Positions 63,380 through 64,000 of a stretch of 64,000 nt of DNA are shown here, in pieces. Under the pieces are notes generated by a model. The model saw only the letters and a list, made by a program, of their open reading frames with translations. It made no database searches and was not told where the DNA came from. Each line of letters begins with the position of its first letter. Position 1 is the stretch's first letter. The translations under genes and the position numbers were made by a program. Source of the stretch: the human T2T-CHM13v2.0 reference genome, Homo sapiens; assembly GCF_009914755.1 (NCBI RefSeq), contig NC_060947.1; one strand, given 5' to 3'.

Positions 63380-64000
63380 GAGTCTGCGCCGCCGCCGCCG
63401 CCGCCACCGCTGCTGCCGCCGTCGCCGCTACCGCCGCCGCCACTGGCCGAGCGGTTTTTTTTTTTTTTGGTTTGCCGGATCCGCCATATTGACGAGGACG
63501 GGCATCCGCGGCTGCGGACGCTAGTCTCCGCCGCCGCCGGAGCCGCAACCTCTCCGCACCCGGCCCCGTCAGGGCCTCTGTCGCGCCTAGCCCCTCCCCG
63601 CCTTACACAGCTCCCGGGCCTCGCGGGAGCCCGCCGCCGCCGCCTCTCTCTCACGGGAGGCGGCCGCCTTAGCGCCCGGTGCTTGGGTCGGCGCCGGGAG
63701 CGAGGAGCGAGCTACTTCAAAGCCACCAGGCCTGGAGCGGGGACAGAGGCGGCGACTAGGGGAAGGTGAAGCCGTCGCTGCAGGAGGAGGAGCAGGAGGA
63801 GGTGACGCAGGAGAAACGCACCGCCCGGAGCCCGTCTGAGCTCAGCGAGAGCCCCAGCCTGAGGGGAGAAGGGGAAGAGGGCCGTCGCCGGCCAAGGAGG
63901 AGGAGGAGGCGGGCGCGGCGAGGAGCGAGTTCCGGCGCCGGTGTGCAGCCTTTTGGTTGAGACGCCCGCAGCCCCGAGCCCGGCCGCCGCAGCCTTTCGA
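63380..64000 (+). other. USP9X: Probable non-coding first exon / 5' leader of the downstream gene; tentatively USP9X
   Basis: GCC- and GAG-rich leader downstream of the GC boxes with no ATG-initiated CDS; the gene identity rests on recollection that a CLIC4 retrocopy lies just upstream of USP9X at Xp11.4 and is not verified; start site approximate. Confidence 0.5.
63387..63442 (+). repeat. Interrupted (GCC/CCG)n trinucleotide tract followed by a poly(T) run at ~63455-63468
   Basis: CGCCGCCGCCGCCGCCGCCACCGCTGCTGCCGCCGTCGCCGCTACCGCCGCCGCC. Confidence 0.9.

Larger units (their letters stand above)
62520..64000. promoter_or_regulatory. CpG-island promoter (continues beyond the window)
   Basis: abrupt switch to very high GC and CpG density; GTCACGTGAC E-box (62676-62685), CRE TGACGTCA (62806-62813), ETS CCGGAAG (63097-63103), GC boxes at ~63320-63344, YY1-type CCGCCATATT (63481-63490). 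Confidence 0.95.

Noticed and set aside
62336-63960. Several Ala/Arg/Pro-rich ORFs up to 212 aa in the CpG island
   Set aside because: Stop codons are naturally rare in very GC-rich DNA; the products are low-complexity with no recognisable domain.

Overview
Primate genomic DNA, most likely human. The window is intergenic and packed with repeats: about 75 Alu copies or fragments by manual count, old and younger L1 fragments, several solo LTRs, hAT DNA-transposon fossils and MIR/L2. It holds no intact protein-coding exon, and nearly all ORFs in the track are Alu or L1 translation artefacts. Recognisable non-repeat features are (i) a full-length processed CLIC4 pseudogene (54844-58275) with a target-site duplication (TSD), poly(A) tail and two nonsense codons; (ii) a large CpG-island promoter and non-coding first-exon region from about 62.5 kb to the window end, which I tentatively recall as USP9X at Xp11.4 (unverified); and (iii) a 35-nt tailless U2 snRNA retrocopy. 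The most unusual structures are a ~3-kb tandem duplication (37375-43580) whose central MLT1 LTR is far more identical between copies than its flanks, suggesting gene conversion, and a complex templated insertion with a perfect 30-bp inverted repeat at 20391-20498. I found no evidence for a new multi-gene biological system; the findings are mutational-mechanism and regulatory observations. Repeat subfamily names come from memory of consensus sequences, and boundaries are approximate unless a TSD is quoted.
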